A DNA stretch of 64,000 nucleotides from Tubulanus polymorphus. Its lineage: Eukaryota > Animalia > Nemertea. The notes beneath the pieces were generated by a model. The model was not told the origin of the DNA. It was given only the letters and a program-made list of their open reading frames with translations, and made no database searches. This document shows positions 38,401-50,380 of this stretch, one piece after another (the stretch's first letter is position 1; each line of letters begins with the position of its first letter). The stretch lies in assembly GCF_964204645.1 (NCBI RefSeq), contig NC_134028.1:15321653-15385652 (forward strand). Reading direction: 5' to 3'. Position numbers and translations under genes: made by a program.

Positions 38401-39085
38401 GAATTAGACATTTACAAACATATCCTAAATTTATAGGTAACAGAATATTTGATGAAAATTTAGTCGCAGTTAAAATGAGAAGAACTTCTATGAAATTTAA
38501 TAAACCAATCTATGTTGGTGCTTCAGTTTTAGAATTATCAAAATAACTAATGTATGAATTCTATTATAATGTATTACAACCACTTTTTGGAGAAAAACAT
38601 ATAGAAATATTATATTTTGATACAGATTCTTACATATAAAAGATAAAAACTAATAACATAACAGATGATTTAAAAACATTAAAACATCATTTTGATTTCA
38701 GTAATTATCCTAAAAATCATGAATTGTTTAGCAATGATAATAAAAAAGTTCCCGGTAAATTCAAAGATGAATTAGGTGGTGAAGAAATGATGGAATTCAT
38801 CGGTATTAGATCTAAAATTTATTCATATAAAACTAAAGAACATGAAGCTAAAAAGTGAAAAGGAATAACCAAAAGTGTAGTAGAAAAGAATATCATTTCA
38901 AAGATTACATCAATTGTATTTTCAATGAAGAAGTTAGAAAACATAAGATGAGATGTTTAAGATCTGAAGATCATGAAATGTTTATTGAAGAGATAGAGAA
39001 GATAAGTCTAAACCCATTTGATGATAAAAGATATATTTTAGATGATGGAATTCATACAGTTGCTTATGGTTGTAATAATAGATGA
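35471..39085 (+). pseudogene. pPolB of copy B (remainder), multiple stops
   Basis: DDKCFLWAI, FHNLSGYDAH, YIDANNLHG, KLMNNAFYGK, YFDTDS, LNPFDDKRY. Confidence 0.95.
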
Positions 39086-39181
39086 ATACTTAAAATTTAA
39101 AAGAGAAGAAACAAAAGAAAATGAGATTATGAAAAGAATTCTAACGTGTTAATCAAATTTTAATAAAAATATGTATTAAAA

Positions 39182-39524
39182 ATGGAGAGTAAACAAAAAC
39201 ACAGTGAGAACAACAAATTATTTCTAGATAGAATAAAAGATACTTCAAATGTCAAATCAGTAGATTATAAATTTAAGAAGTTAAAAGAATTAATAATCCA
39301 TAAGAAATATCTAATTACAAATATTGATACAGTTACTAACAAATATGGAGATAAATTAGTTATACACTTAGAAAATTAGTTATACACTTAAATTCAGAAC
39401 ATATTTACCAGATAGATTTCATAGATTATCAAGTGAAGATCTAGAAGAATTATGTTCTGGAGATTTCTATTTCGTATACAAAGGTAAGAATGAAAAGGGG
39501 CACCATGAAATAGATTTTGAATAA
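39182..39524 (+). pseudogene. Putative OB-fold protein, disrupted by local duplication
   Basis: Homolog of 11786-12139; AAATTAGTTATACACTTA duplicated near 39354-39390. Confidence 0.65.
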
Positions 39525-39541
39525 AAAAATATGTAAAATAA

Positions 39542-40300
39542 ATGGTAGAATTAAAAGAATATAGAATATTTGTTGATTCGAGAAAACTTACAAATTATAA
39601 ATCTCATAATTTACTAGTACAATTAGATAGAGAATTTAAGAATTGTGTTGATTTAAAATTAGTAAATATAAGTTTATGTAATTCTTTTCATAATATAACG
39701 AATAAAACTATTGAAGATAATACTTTTTTAATTCATATTAGAAATGTAGATAAATGGTTTCATCTAATTTTAAAACCAGGATTATATAATTTAGAAACAT
39801 TAGCTCAAGAAATTAATCAAAGAGCACGGTTGAAAATTAGAAAAGATGATAAAATTTTAATTAAATTTAATAAAAGTGATAGTTCTGATAAAATTAAAAT
39901 AAAGTTAGAAGATGAAACCAAACACGCATTTTTAGTAAAAAAACCAATAGCTAAAATGTTAGGAATTAAACCAGATACTGTTACAGGAAACGTAGATAGT
40001 AATTCAAATTTAATGACTTTTACACATTTTTATATTAATTGCAATTTAATTGATCCTACAAAAACATTTGAAGCAACTAAAGATACAATTTGTAATTCTA
40101 GTATATTAAATATGTTACCATTAAAAAATATTAAACACTTTGGAACGCAAATAAATTATAATTTAACTGAATGTGATTTTAAACCTTGTATTCCTCAATT
40201 TAATAATTTTAAATTAAAAATAAGAAATCACAATGGATATTTAATTGATTTGAATAACTTTCCTGTAATTTATGAATTAGTTATAAGATGTAGAGAGTAA
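39542..40300 (+). CDS. Minor capsid (penton-like) protein, intact
   Basis: 252 aa; KPGLYNL, FYINCNLI, IRNHNGYLIDLNNFPVIYELVI. Confidence 0.82.
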   Translation: MVELKEYRIFVDSRKLTNYKSHNLLVQLDREFKNCVDLKLVNISLCNSFHNITNKTIEDNTFLIHIRNVDKWFHLILKPGLYNLETLAQEINQRARLKIRKDDKILIKFNKSDSSDKIKIKLEDETKHAFLVKKPIAKMLGIKPDTVTGNVDSNSNLMTFTHFYINCNLIDPTKTFEATKDTICNSSILNMLPLKNIKHFGTQINYNLTECDFKPCIPQFNNFKLKIRNHNGYLIDLNNFPVIYELVIRCRE

Positions 40301-40316
40301 TTTTTTCATTATATAA

Positions 40317-40676
40317 ATGAATATAACTGTTGGACCGAGTATATGTTTTTGGTTTGATTTTAAACGTGAGAAAGAAATGAAATTTAACATTAATGATGTA
40401 ATTACACATATTAAAAATATTGCGTTTTCTAATGAAACAACATTTGAGTATGAAACAACAATAGATAAAGAAACTTTAAATGTAGAAAAGATTACTAATT
40501 TAATTAGAGAATCTTTAAGATTTTATAAATTAGATGAAGATTTTATCATAGATGATATTAAAAACGTATTAACCAAAATATATGATAATCATAAAAGTAG
40601 TAATGAAATAAATGTTGAATTAATCATCACTAAGATAACTAAATATTTTGAAGATAGTAATTTTTTTGATAAATAA
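40317..40676 (+). CDS. Polinton hypothetical protein
   Basis: Homolog of 10657-10995. Confidence 0.7.
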   Translation: MNITVGPSICFWFDFKREKEMKFNINDVITHIKNIAFSNETTFEYETTIDKETLNVEKITNLIRESLRFYKLDEDFIIDDIKNVLTKIYDNHKSSNEINVELIITKITKYFEDSNFFDK

Positions 40677-40898
40677 ATGAGTGATAATAAGTGGATAATA
40701 ACTGCATTATATAATGGAGCATTACTATCATTTGGAACTGTTGGTTATTCAATGGTATTAAAAAAAGTATTTAAAATGGGAAGTGTTAATGTTGATAGAT
40801 TTGATATCAATGATGTTTTAAAATTTACATTAGCAGTTACTTTATCTAATTTAACTATTGATTATTTGGAAAAACAAAAATATATTCCTCCTATATAA
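40677..40898 (+). CDS. Small hydrophobic protein (73 aa)
   Basis: Intact; TAAATG start; conserved in copy A. Confidence 0.72.
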   Translation: MSDNKWIITALYNGALLSFGTVGYSMVLKKVFKMGSVNVDRFDINDVLKFTLAVTLSNLTIDYLEKQKYIPPI

Positions 40899-40922
40899 AT
40901 GCGTAATTATTTTACTAAATAA

Positions 40923-41336
40923 ATGGCTTCTGCAGTTATAACTATTATAGGATCAGCAATTGTTAACGCTTTAGCATTTACTGGTGGTGGATATTTATTT
41001 AAACATATTGATAAAAATGGTTCATTATCACAACAAAAAAGACATAACTTAGCATTAGAGAAATACAATAAAGCAGCAGAAGAATATAGAGAAAAAAGAC
41101 AAAACTATATGGATGATATTAACAAGGAATTATATGATCAGAAGATTTCACATAGAGATTTTCAATCAGTTGATGATGCAATGAGTTTATATAACGCGGT
41201 AACCAATAAAGAAAAATTACATCTATACAAACCTAAATTATCAGATTATTATACCCCGAGTAAAGAACAACAGAAATATGAAATAATATGGATTTTAGGC
41301 GGAACTGTTATTGTTATATTTGTACTGTTTTACTAA
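40923..41336 (+). CDS. Small membrane protein
   Basis: Homolog of 9989-10411. Confidence 0.78.
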   Translation: MASAVITIIGSAIVNALAFTGGGYLFKHIDKNGSLSQQKRHNLALEKYNKAAEEYREKRQNYMDDINKELYDQKISHRDFQSVDDAMSLYNAVTNKEKLHLYKPKLSDYYTPSKEQQKYEIIWILGGTVIVIFVLFY

Positions 41337-41359
41337 TTAGTATTTTTTTTGCTAAATAA

Positions 41360-42914
41360 ATGGATGATAATATTGATATTATTCCTCATGATATGAATAA
41401 TACTAAATTGAAAATATATTTAGAAAAACAAATATTAGAATTTGAAAATGATTTAAAAGTTAAAAAGAAAAAATATTTAAAAAGTAAAATTATATATTAT
41501 TTGATTATAAGTGGTTCGGTTACAATTAGTTCTGTAATAACATTTCTAGCAATATTCAGCCCATTAACACCTTTAGCTATATTAATTGGTGTATTAGGAT
41601 TAAGTTCAAGTGTTTTAACTGGTATAAGTTCAAAATTAAATATAACAAGAAAATTAACTTTAATAAATTATTTGACGCCTGCGAAAAAATGTAGAATTTC
41701 TGGGATAAGCTAATGTGGAATTGCGAATTTGAAATCGAAGTTTTAAGAAATTTGGGGAATTATGAGATTTGGCGATGATACAGTCTTCGACTGGTCTAAT
41801 TAAAAAAAAAATTGTCAACTTGTGACCGACTTCGATTCACTTTTGCTCTAAGCTGGTCTGCAACTTCATTGCCTCCATGGTTGAAGAAAGAGCTCTTCTG
41901 ATGTCTGCTTCATCATGACTTCGAGCATATCGTGTAGCCAGCCGGCCCGGTCCCGGGGCCCGGTTTGGCTGTCACTCGATATCCTAGACTTGAGTCTGGG
42001 TTGACATCGTCATTTAAATAACTTATTCATGTTATTCTGTATGAATTACCCATGTGTCTTGTATTTTGTATTTTCTTATTCTGAAATTTGTAACTTTATT
42101 GAATTTGGGAATTTCATCCCGGAATTTCAATGTAATAAGGATCAATAAAGTATTGAATTGAATTGTCACCTTATACACATGCCATCAGTGGACGCGGAGC
42201 CGTATATGACAGCTATGCTATTATAGATTGCTAATCTCATGAAACCTGCATACCCCTAATATCGTACATATTTTCTAAAACATTTGAATATTGAAATTAT
42301 TTGTTTACACGTTTTTATATAGACCGCTTGTAGCCGCCGATGAAATTCACGCCGGCCCTACTCAGATCGTAGATAGCTTCGTCATTCCACTAGCATCCCC
42401 ATGTCAGGGTCTGACTTTTATATCAGACTTCCAAATCGTGTATACATCCGCCATTTAACCGAATAATCCGATTTACTTATCATTTCTATTTATGCCTGCC
42501 GCTCCTGATATAATCATACATCCGTTACTATTACAATACCTCTTATCATGATATTCAATGCAATATAACATTTCGACGTTCAAATAGAGGTCATTATATA
42601 ATCACAGGGAGCCATTCTACATCTTTATCAATAATATTTTGCCAAATAGCTTGTATGTGTACACATAAACCTGTGACGTTTTGCACATCGATTTACGGTT
42701 GTCGTTTGTAAAATGACGCTGAATGGGTAACATTGTTTAAGTTTCATAATGGTAACGTTTTATAAGGCCTCAAAAAAGTAATAAAGAAAAAATTAAAACT
42801 AATATAAAAGAAATTAATAAATTAAAGAATACACTAGATTATATAATAAGTTTAAATGGTCATATAACAGTTGAAGAACAAGATAAATTATTAAAAGAAT
42901 TAATAAATTATTAA
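41360..42914 (+). pseudogene. Two-TM coiled-coil protein interrupted by 1.1-kb insertion
   Basis: SSKLNI | KSNKEKIK junction split by insert 41646-42771. Confidence 0.8.
41646..42771 (-). mobile_element. Non-coding insertion, probably a non-autonomous Helentron-type element
   Basis: Absent from copy A; inserted in an A-run without clear TSD; minus strand ends CTTG|TT; imperfect sub-terminal IR TGAGGCCT/TGACGCCT; contains a LINE-like 3' tail (AATAAA + ATTGA repeats, ~42143-42165). Confidence 0.55.
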
Positions 42915-42930
42915 TTTTTTAATTAATTAA

Positions 42931-44271
42931 ATGGTAGATAGTTTTCCAAGAGCTTTCCAATATAATAAATCAATTAAATATAATATCCCAGCAATAGATT
43001 TTAATAAAGATATTTCATATAGAAATGAAGTTTTAAATTCATTAATTGATTTATATATTTATGTTACTGAAAGTTATAATTTTCATGTAAAGATGGAAAA
43101 TATTTCATGTGTATACAATTAATTTTAAAAATTTAAATGAGGCAAAACAATGGTTATTAAAATCTAATATGAAATATTGGCAGAACCAATTAAATTTTGC
43201 TGTTTATTGCGCAACAACAGGATGTGGAATTAGTTGGAATGATCATTTAAACAAACCAAGTTTACCATTGATGTTATCACTTTTTAGATTTCATACTTAT
43301 TTTCAAATAAAATTAATATTAGATGAATTAGAATGTCCTTTACCAGGTTCAAAATATTTTAAAGAATTGATTAGTAATATTAATTTTTCTAAGTTTTATA
43401 AAATATGTAATGAATTTAATATTAATTCAAATAAAGATTTTAGAGCAAAAATTGGAACAATGGGTGGATTAGGAATATTATATACTAAAGAATTTGGAAA
43501 AATAATGACAAATTCAGATATTAGAAGACTAAATTGGAATGAATTACCAAAATATTATAATAATATACAACAACAAAATATTAATGGTTGGGTTTATTTC
43601 ATTTTAGAAAATAGTGAAGGTTTTACTAAAGCTGGAATACAAAGAATAAATCAATCAACTAGAACTTATTTAATTTGTATTCTAGGTGCGCAAGTTGAAA
43701 CAAGATCACCAATAATTGGAAATGATAACACTTCATTCGATGCGCAGAAACAATTTAAAGTATTATTTGAAGATTCAATTCATAATGATAAAAATAGATC
43801 GATTCCAGAAAACATTGTAAGATATCAAAATTATTTCGATAAATCTCATGTAAGATTAAATCATTGTATAGGTCCTAATCTATTAATTATTTCTAATGAT
43901 TTAGTATTAAAGATGGGAAATATAATTGGTTATAATAATCTAATTAAAACTGCAACAATAAATAATTCATTTGGATTGAATGATATAAATAAAAAGATTA
44001 ACACTGCTCCAAAATTAATGGAAGGTGAAAAAAATAAAAAACATATTCAATCAACAGAAACTAAAACTAAGAATATTAAATTGAATAATGATTCTAAAAT
44101 AAAAGATTAATATAAATCAATACATACAATACATCAGAAAATATAAAAACTGATAATATTCAACATGAAATAATTAAACTAAATGATGATAATAAATCCC
44201 ATGAAAATGCTAAATTAGCTATAACTTGTATAGGAATTGTAATCGGAGGAATATTATATTTTAAATTTTAA
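42931..44271 (+). pseudogene. Conserved Polinton protein with C-terminal anchor, frameshifted
   Basis: Homolog of 8197-9500. Confidence 0.72.
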
Positions 44272-44287
44272 TTTTTTTATTATGTAA

Positions 44288-45637
44288 ATGGATGTAGAAG
44301 GTGGAGAAGATTATGAAATGGGAGAAATGGGAAATAATAATGAAGGTTATATTGATGATGATTATAATGATGCTGAAACTAATATTGATAATGATGATGA
44401 ATCTGCATATAATTCTAATTTACCTACACCTGAATATATTGATAAAACACGTTCAAAGATAAATACTGAAAATGAATTTACAGAAATAACAAAAAAAGAA
44501 TAAGAATATAATGAATTTATTGATGATTTCAAACATGTATTTGAACATTCTGGATATAATATCAATGATAGAGGCGCTAGATATTTAGTACAAGAATTAA
44601 AATATTTAGATGGTGAATATTATTATCATTTGAAAGATGATTATTATATTGATATCTCTTATGAAAATCAAGATAAAATATTAGCGGAATCAACTTTGGG
44701 AAAATTAGAACCAGATAGAATTAAAAGAATAAGAAATAGTAATGAAATAGAAAATGTAACACAAGAAGAAATAAATAAAAATAGAATTCAATTCAATAGA
44801 ATTCAATAGTATTCAAACAAAGAATTGAAAAATTATTTGAAACAATCGATAATAATTTAGAACCAGAAACAACTTCTGGTAAACTTAAATCAAATAAAGT
44901 TCCAATTGAAAAACTTTTACCAAATGGATTACTTGATGCAACAGATCAAGAATTAGAAGATTTAGATATATTTTCTGATAAAGCAAAAAGAGAAATTATT
45001 AGTATAAGAAATGAAGCTAATAAAATTGCGCATGATAAAAGTATAAGAGATTTTAAAATTAGAACTTTGGAAAAAGACAGAACTATAAAATTAAAGAAAT
45101 AGAACAATTAAAATTAGATAGAGATAATAAAGTTATTGAAGAAATCGAATTTAAAAAAAGAAATGCGTATTTAGAAAAAGAAAAAGATGATTTAGAATAT
45201 AACATAGAATTACAAAAAGAAGAAATTAAATTATTATTAAAATCATATGATTATAATATTAATAGATTAAAAGTTATTTTTAAAAATTTGTTAAAACCAA
45301 ATTCTGAAATATCATTGAAAGATAGAATAAATATATAAATAAATATTAGCTATATCAAATTCTTTGAAATCTACTCCTACTCCCAATAAACCGGGTAAAC
45401 CCCCAGATAATAATAATTCTATACAAGATAAAGTTAAAGAAATTAGCAAAATATTTATGGGAACTATCTAAAAAATCTGCTGCAGCTTTACCCGGAGTTA
45501 TTGCATCAATTGTTGGTTTTATATTGAAATCTGCAGGAAACATTATTAACTTTGCTGCTGAACATATTATTTTTTTTTTAATTACAGTTGTAAGTGCAAT
45601 TATTTTTGGGTTAGTAAACATGATAAAAAATAAATAA
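44288..45637 (+). pseudogene. Acidic/coiled-coil/TM protein, heavily disrupted
   Basis: 3' end matches 6455-6750; 5' two-thirds divergent from copy A. Confidence 0.65.
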
Positions 45638-45657
45638 TTAATTTTTTTGTTAAATAA

Positions 45658-46903
45658 ATGAGTGGGAGTTACATCAATCCTTCTAAGAATCATAGAATAT
45701 TTAATGCTATTAACGCAGAAAGATCACATCATATAATTACTCATAACCCTTCTTATATTAATCCCGATGAAACTTTATATGTGAGAATCCCTCGATTAAC
45801 ACAAAATACTTTTTATGTTCCAAATAGTATTTATTTATCAGCTGATATAAAAGTAACCGGTAATGATAATAATTATGTTGTTGATAATGTTGGGAGATAT
45901 TTGTTAAAAAAATTAACTATAAAGATCGGTCCAGAAACAGTTTTCTCATTAGATGATTATAATTTATTTATGCATTATAAAGATTTATGGTTAACTAAAG
46001 AAAATAGAAATAATATGATATTTCAAGGAATCCAATCACAAAACCAAAATAAATTAAGATCAGAAGCATATAATGCGATATTAACTAATGCTATAGATAA
46101 ATTGATAAAAAGTATATATGGAAGCAAATATAAAATTCCATTAGACTTTGAATTGATAAATAATAATGCACCTTTATATAAATACGCAATTCAAGAAGAC
46201 GTTATATTTGAGATAACATTTGCTCCTGTTAATGAAATTGTAATATCTAGCGTTAATAAAGATATGGGTTTTAAATTATCGAATATATGTTTAGAATATG
46301 ATACAGTAACTGATGAAAATATTTCAAGTATAATTCAAACTCAATACAATCAAGGATTTTCATTATTATATGATTACATTGATAAATTTAAAACTGTAAC
46401 TATTAATGCAAATGATGAAATAATTAATGAGAATATTAACTTCCCAAGAAGATCTATTAAAGGTATATTAATATTTTTTACCATTGCAATATATACTAAT
46501 AGTGCAATAAATGTTTATAATTATTATAATCCTGAAATAACAAAAGTAGAAATAACTATCGAAGGAATAGCAAATAAAATATTTTGTCAAGGAATGAGAA
46601 TGATTGATCAATGGCCAGAAATTAGAAAACATTTTATGAATGAAAAAGTGAAATCATCTGAAAATTGTAATATTAATCAACTTGATTATTATACCGGTAA
46701 TAAATATGCATTATGGTTAGATTTTAGAACAACAGAAATAATTCATTACATGGTTCTGGAAAAAAATTACAAAACACTAAAGATGGAATACAATTATTCA
46801 TGACAAAGAATAAAGGAATCAAAATTTTAAAATGCACATTTATATTATATCTGACGCGCAATTAAATATTGTAAATTCTCAATTAAATAGTGTTATGTTT
46901 TAA
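45658..46903 (+). pseudogene. Major capsid protein, frameshift near C-terminus
   Basis: Near-identical to 5189-6434; frame shifts after DFRTTE. Confidence 0.75.
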
Positions 46904-46935
46904 AATTTTAACTTAAATAAAAAATCTTATATTAA

Positions 46936-48044
46936 ATGGAAGGTGGAATATATGAAATACAAACTCCAAGTGAAATGATATCAGATATATATTATATATT
47001 ACCTTATGATGAATCCAGTAATTATTTTGGAGAATACTTTAATCAATTCAAATATAGAATAAGTAAAATAGATAAGAATATTGAAACAAAAAAAGAAAAT
47101 AATATTGAACCTAAAATAGAAGATAAGAATGATATTGAATATAAAATAGAAGATAATATTGAAACTAAAATAGAAGATAATGTTATACCTTCTACATCGA
47201 ATGATGATAAGATTGAACCTGATATCAAAACCAAAAAGACAAATGAAAAATATTGTGATGTATGTAAGAAATATATATCATATAAAAATTGGTCATCACA
47301 TAAGAAATCAAAGAAACATATAGAAAAAGAAAAGAATAATAATGATAATAAGTTACTAGTATAAAAGATAATGTTAACCCAATTGAAACTAATGATAATG
47401 ATATAACAGATAATGAAATAATTGATGATTCTAAAAAACATTGTAACATTTGTAATTTAGATATTTCTAAAAGTAATTTTTCTAAACATAAAAAATCTCA
47501 AGCGCATATGGAAAATGAAAGGGTGTTAGAAGAACATGAAACGAAATTAGAAGAAATAGAAAGAAATAAAACGTGTCAATATTGTAATAAGAAGATTGAT
47601 CCTGTTGATGAAAATACTCATTATAAATCAAAATTACATCTAATTAATGTTTATAAAAAGGTGAGTATGATACCATTGTTAAATAACCCAGAGAAATATA
47701 TCAAATATTTTAATCCTAAAACTAACCAATATTATATGTTCTATAAGTTGTTATTTGATAAATTATTAGCTTATGCAGAAGATAATCCTGAACAAATATA
47801 TAAATTATTATATTTTAGAAAAATAGATTTAAGTTATCTGATAAATAATCTTAGAAAGCATTTTGATTTTGAATATGATGATTTTGATGAATACTTAGAA
47901 AAATTAAGAGAAAAAGCTAATATACCTACTAATTATTATGTTAAGATGGCTCGACTAAAATTAATAAATATACCTAATACTTTAGATGAATTAGATATAA
48001 ACAGAGATGATTTTATAAATGTATTAGAAACAAAATTAGAATAA
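46936..48044 (+). pseudogene. Zinc-finger protein, split into two ORFs
   Basis: CDVCKKY...HKKSKKH, CNIC...HKKSQAH, CQYC...HYKSKLH. Confidence 0.7.
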
Positions 48045-48056
48045 TTATTATAAAAC

Positions 48057-48403
48057 TAATTTTATATATCTATGTACTAGACGTACGTAAGAATCTTGGT
48101 AAGGATCCAAGAAATCTTACTTTCTTACTCGTACGTCTAGTACATAGATATATATATTATAGTTTTCATAAAAATTAAAAACATAAAATTATTAATCTAA
48201 GTATAGGAATAGTTATATTATAATCTATTTTTATTTTTATTAAGAGAAAACGTATAATTTATTCATTTTTGTATAATTCATTTAATAATTTATATATCTA
48301 TGTACTAGACGTACGTAAGAATCTAAGAATTCTTACTTTCTTACTTTCTTAGCAAGAATCTTGGATTCGTACGTACATCTAGTATATAGAAATATAAATT
48401 AGT
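48057..48403. repeat. Two hairpin repeat units homologous to 3398-3985
   Basis: TATATCTATGTACTAGACGTACG ... CGTACGTCTAGTACATAGATATA. Confidence 0.9.
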
Positions 48404-48428
48404 TTCTATAATATTCCAAATTAGGATT

Positions 48429-49053
48429 TTATTTTATAAATTTATATTCATACGGAAATTGAAGCCTCAGTGATAATTTTGAACCTTTATTATTCTTTAA
48501 TTTATTCATATATTCATCATGTAATTCAGTAGGTATAATTTGATTTTCTTCCAATGATTGTTGCATAGATTTTCTATCTTTGTTATAAAATAAAACTAGA
48601 AATCTTATATTCTCCCTAAAGTCTTTAACACTTGAATTATATTTTTGATTTAAAACCCATGATGTTATCCCAAAATGTCTCCCAGAGAAAGCTAGATAAC
48701 ATAACTCACTTTCTCTCACTTTTGAATCATGTAAATTAGCGCAATCATCTACAATGAATAATGTATTTGATCCTTTATAAGTATCAATTGCTATTTTAAT
48801 ACAATTATCTAAATTTTCTTTTACTGTTTGAGGATCTAATACAATAAACTTTTTTATCTTAACTATGTCTCTATTATATGTTTATTATATGCTATTATAT
48901 GTTATTATAAGTAGGGAAGAATAATATTATATTATCAAAATGATTCTTATAAATGGTTTCTAACAAGTCTAATATGAAATGTGTTTTACCACAGTTGGTT
49001 ACACCAGTAACTAACATATTATGTGGTTCAAATATAAATAAATCTTTATTCAT
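48429..49053 (-). pseudogene. A32-like packaging ATPase, frameshifted
   Basis: GVTNCGKT, LFIVDD, GRHFGI. Confidence 0.87.
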
Positions 49054-50380
49054 TTATTCTTTTAATTTTACCAGATAAAATCCATTCATTAAATTTATCA
49101 TCATATCCTTTATATTTCACCAAAGAATACTTTTTTCCTTTAAGAGTTTTTGTTTTCAATACTTTTTCTATTTTGTATTCTATATCATCTGGGTTTGGTA
49201 CAAGTGATAATTCTTGTTCATAGAAATAACCTAATATTTCTTCATCTTTTAGATCTTCTAGTTTATAAACAAACGGTTTAGTTAATATTATCTTTTTAAT
49301 CTTAAATATTTCTTCTGTAAAATAAGGGGTATAACCTTTATAAAATGTTTTTCTATATTTAGATATTCTTACGTGTTGTCCTATCTTAAATTTAGGTTCT
49401 CCAAAATCATGTGTAACAAATGCTCCATATAAATTATTCCAAACTATTTCCGAATTATCTTCTTTTCTAGCTTGTTTAGGTTTCATATTTATAGAACTAT
49501 TTTTAGAATTATTATAACCTTTCACTAAATCATCTAACACATCGATATATTTATATGTTTCATTAGCAGTAAAATATTTCCACATTCTAGTTTTCAATGT
49601 TTTATTAAATCTTTCTATAATAGATGCTTTTTTATCTGAGTGTGTTGAAAAATAATCTACATCGTTATCGGATAATAGTTTTTTAGAATGTTTATTATAG
49701 AATTCCTTACCTTCATCAAATTGTATCTTATCTGGAATAGCTTCTTTAAATATTGATTTAAAAGCATTTGTCACTTCTATACCAGTTTTACTTTTGATTG
49801 GAATTGACCATGCGTATCTACTGAATATATCTATAACATTCAGTATCCAGAAATATCCTTTGTTGTATTCTTCTAAGTTCTTCATGTCAATTAAATCAGC
49901 TTGCCATTGTTGATCGATATATGAAACCATTACTTTTCTTGTTAAATAAGTTTTATCCATTTTCTTGTGGATTTGATATGTTGGTTGATTTTGTAACCAT
50001 GATTTTAATTCGCTATATTTTATATCACCATGTGGGTGCCGTATGGCGCCATTTTCATAATCAGATTTAATTTTATAGATAGGTTTATTATCATTGGAAT
50101 CATCTTTATCATCAGATTTGAATTTTGATTTATATATTACACCAGAGAATATAATAATTGTGATTAACCCAATTGTAATATATAAGTAATTTTTTCTTCC
50201 ACTATTAGAAGAATCAGATGGATTATTATTTGAATCAATATCAGATAATTTCTGTGATTCATTTATATAAGTTAATTTCTTTTTCTTAGTTTTTTTAAAT
50301 TCTGAAGATCTTTTACCTAATTCTCTTGCCCATTTAATTTGTTTCTCGGATCTAACCTTTTTCTTAACGCCATCACTCAT
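49046..50380 (-). CDS. rve integrase fused in-frame, by deletion, to upstream TM protein
   Basis: DDE motifs ADLID / QFDEG / IIERFN intact; N-terminal ~100 aa match gene 1308-1676. Confidence 0.88.
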   Translation of the reverse strand: MSDGVKKKVRSEKQIKWARELGKRSSEFKKTKKKKLTYINESQKLSDIDSNNNPSDSSNSGRKNYLYITIGLITIIIFSGVIYKSKFKSDDKDDSNDNKPIYKIKSDYENGAIRHPHGDIKYSELKSWLQNQPTYQIHKKMDKTYLTRKVMVSYIDQQWQADLIDMKNLEEYNKGYFWILNVIDIFSRYAWSIPIKSKTGIEVTNAFKSIFKEAIPDKIQFDEGKEFYNKHSKKLLSDNDVDYFSTHSDKKASIIERFNKTLKTRMWKYFTANETYKYIDVLDDLVKGYNNSKNSSINMKPKQARKEDNSEIVWNNLYGAFVTHDFGEPKFKIGQHVRISKYRKTFYKGYTPYFTEEIFKIKKIILTKPFVYKLEDLKDEEILGYFYEQELSLVPNPDDIEYKIEKVLKTKTLKGKKYSLVKYKGYDDKFNEWILSGKIKRINE

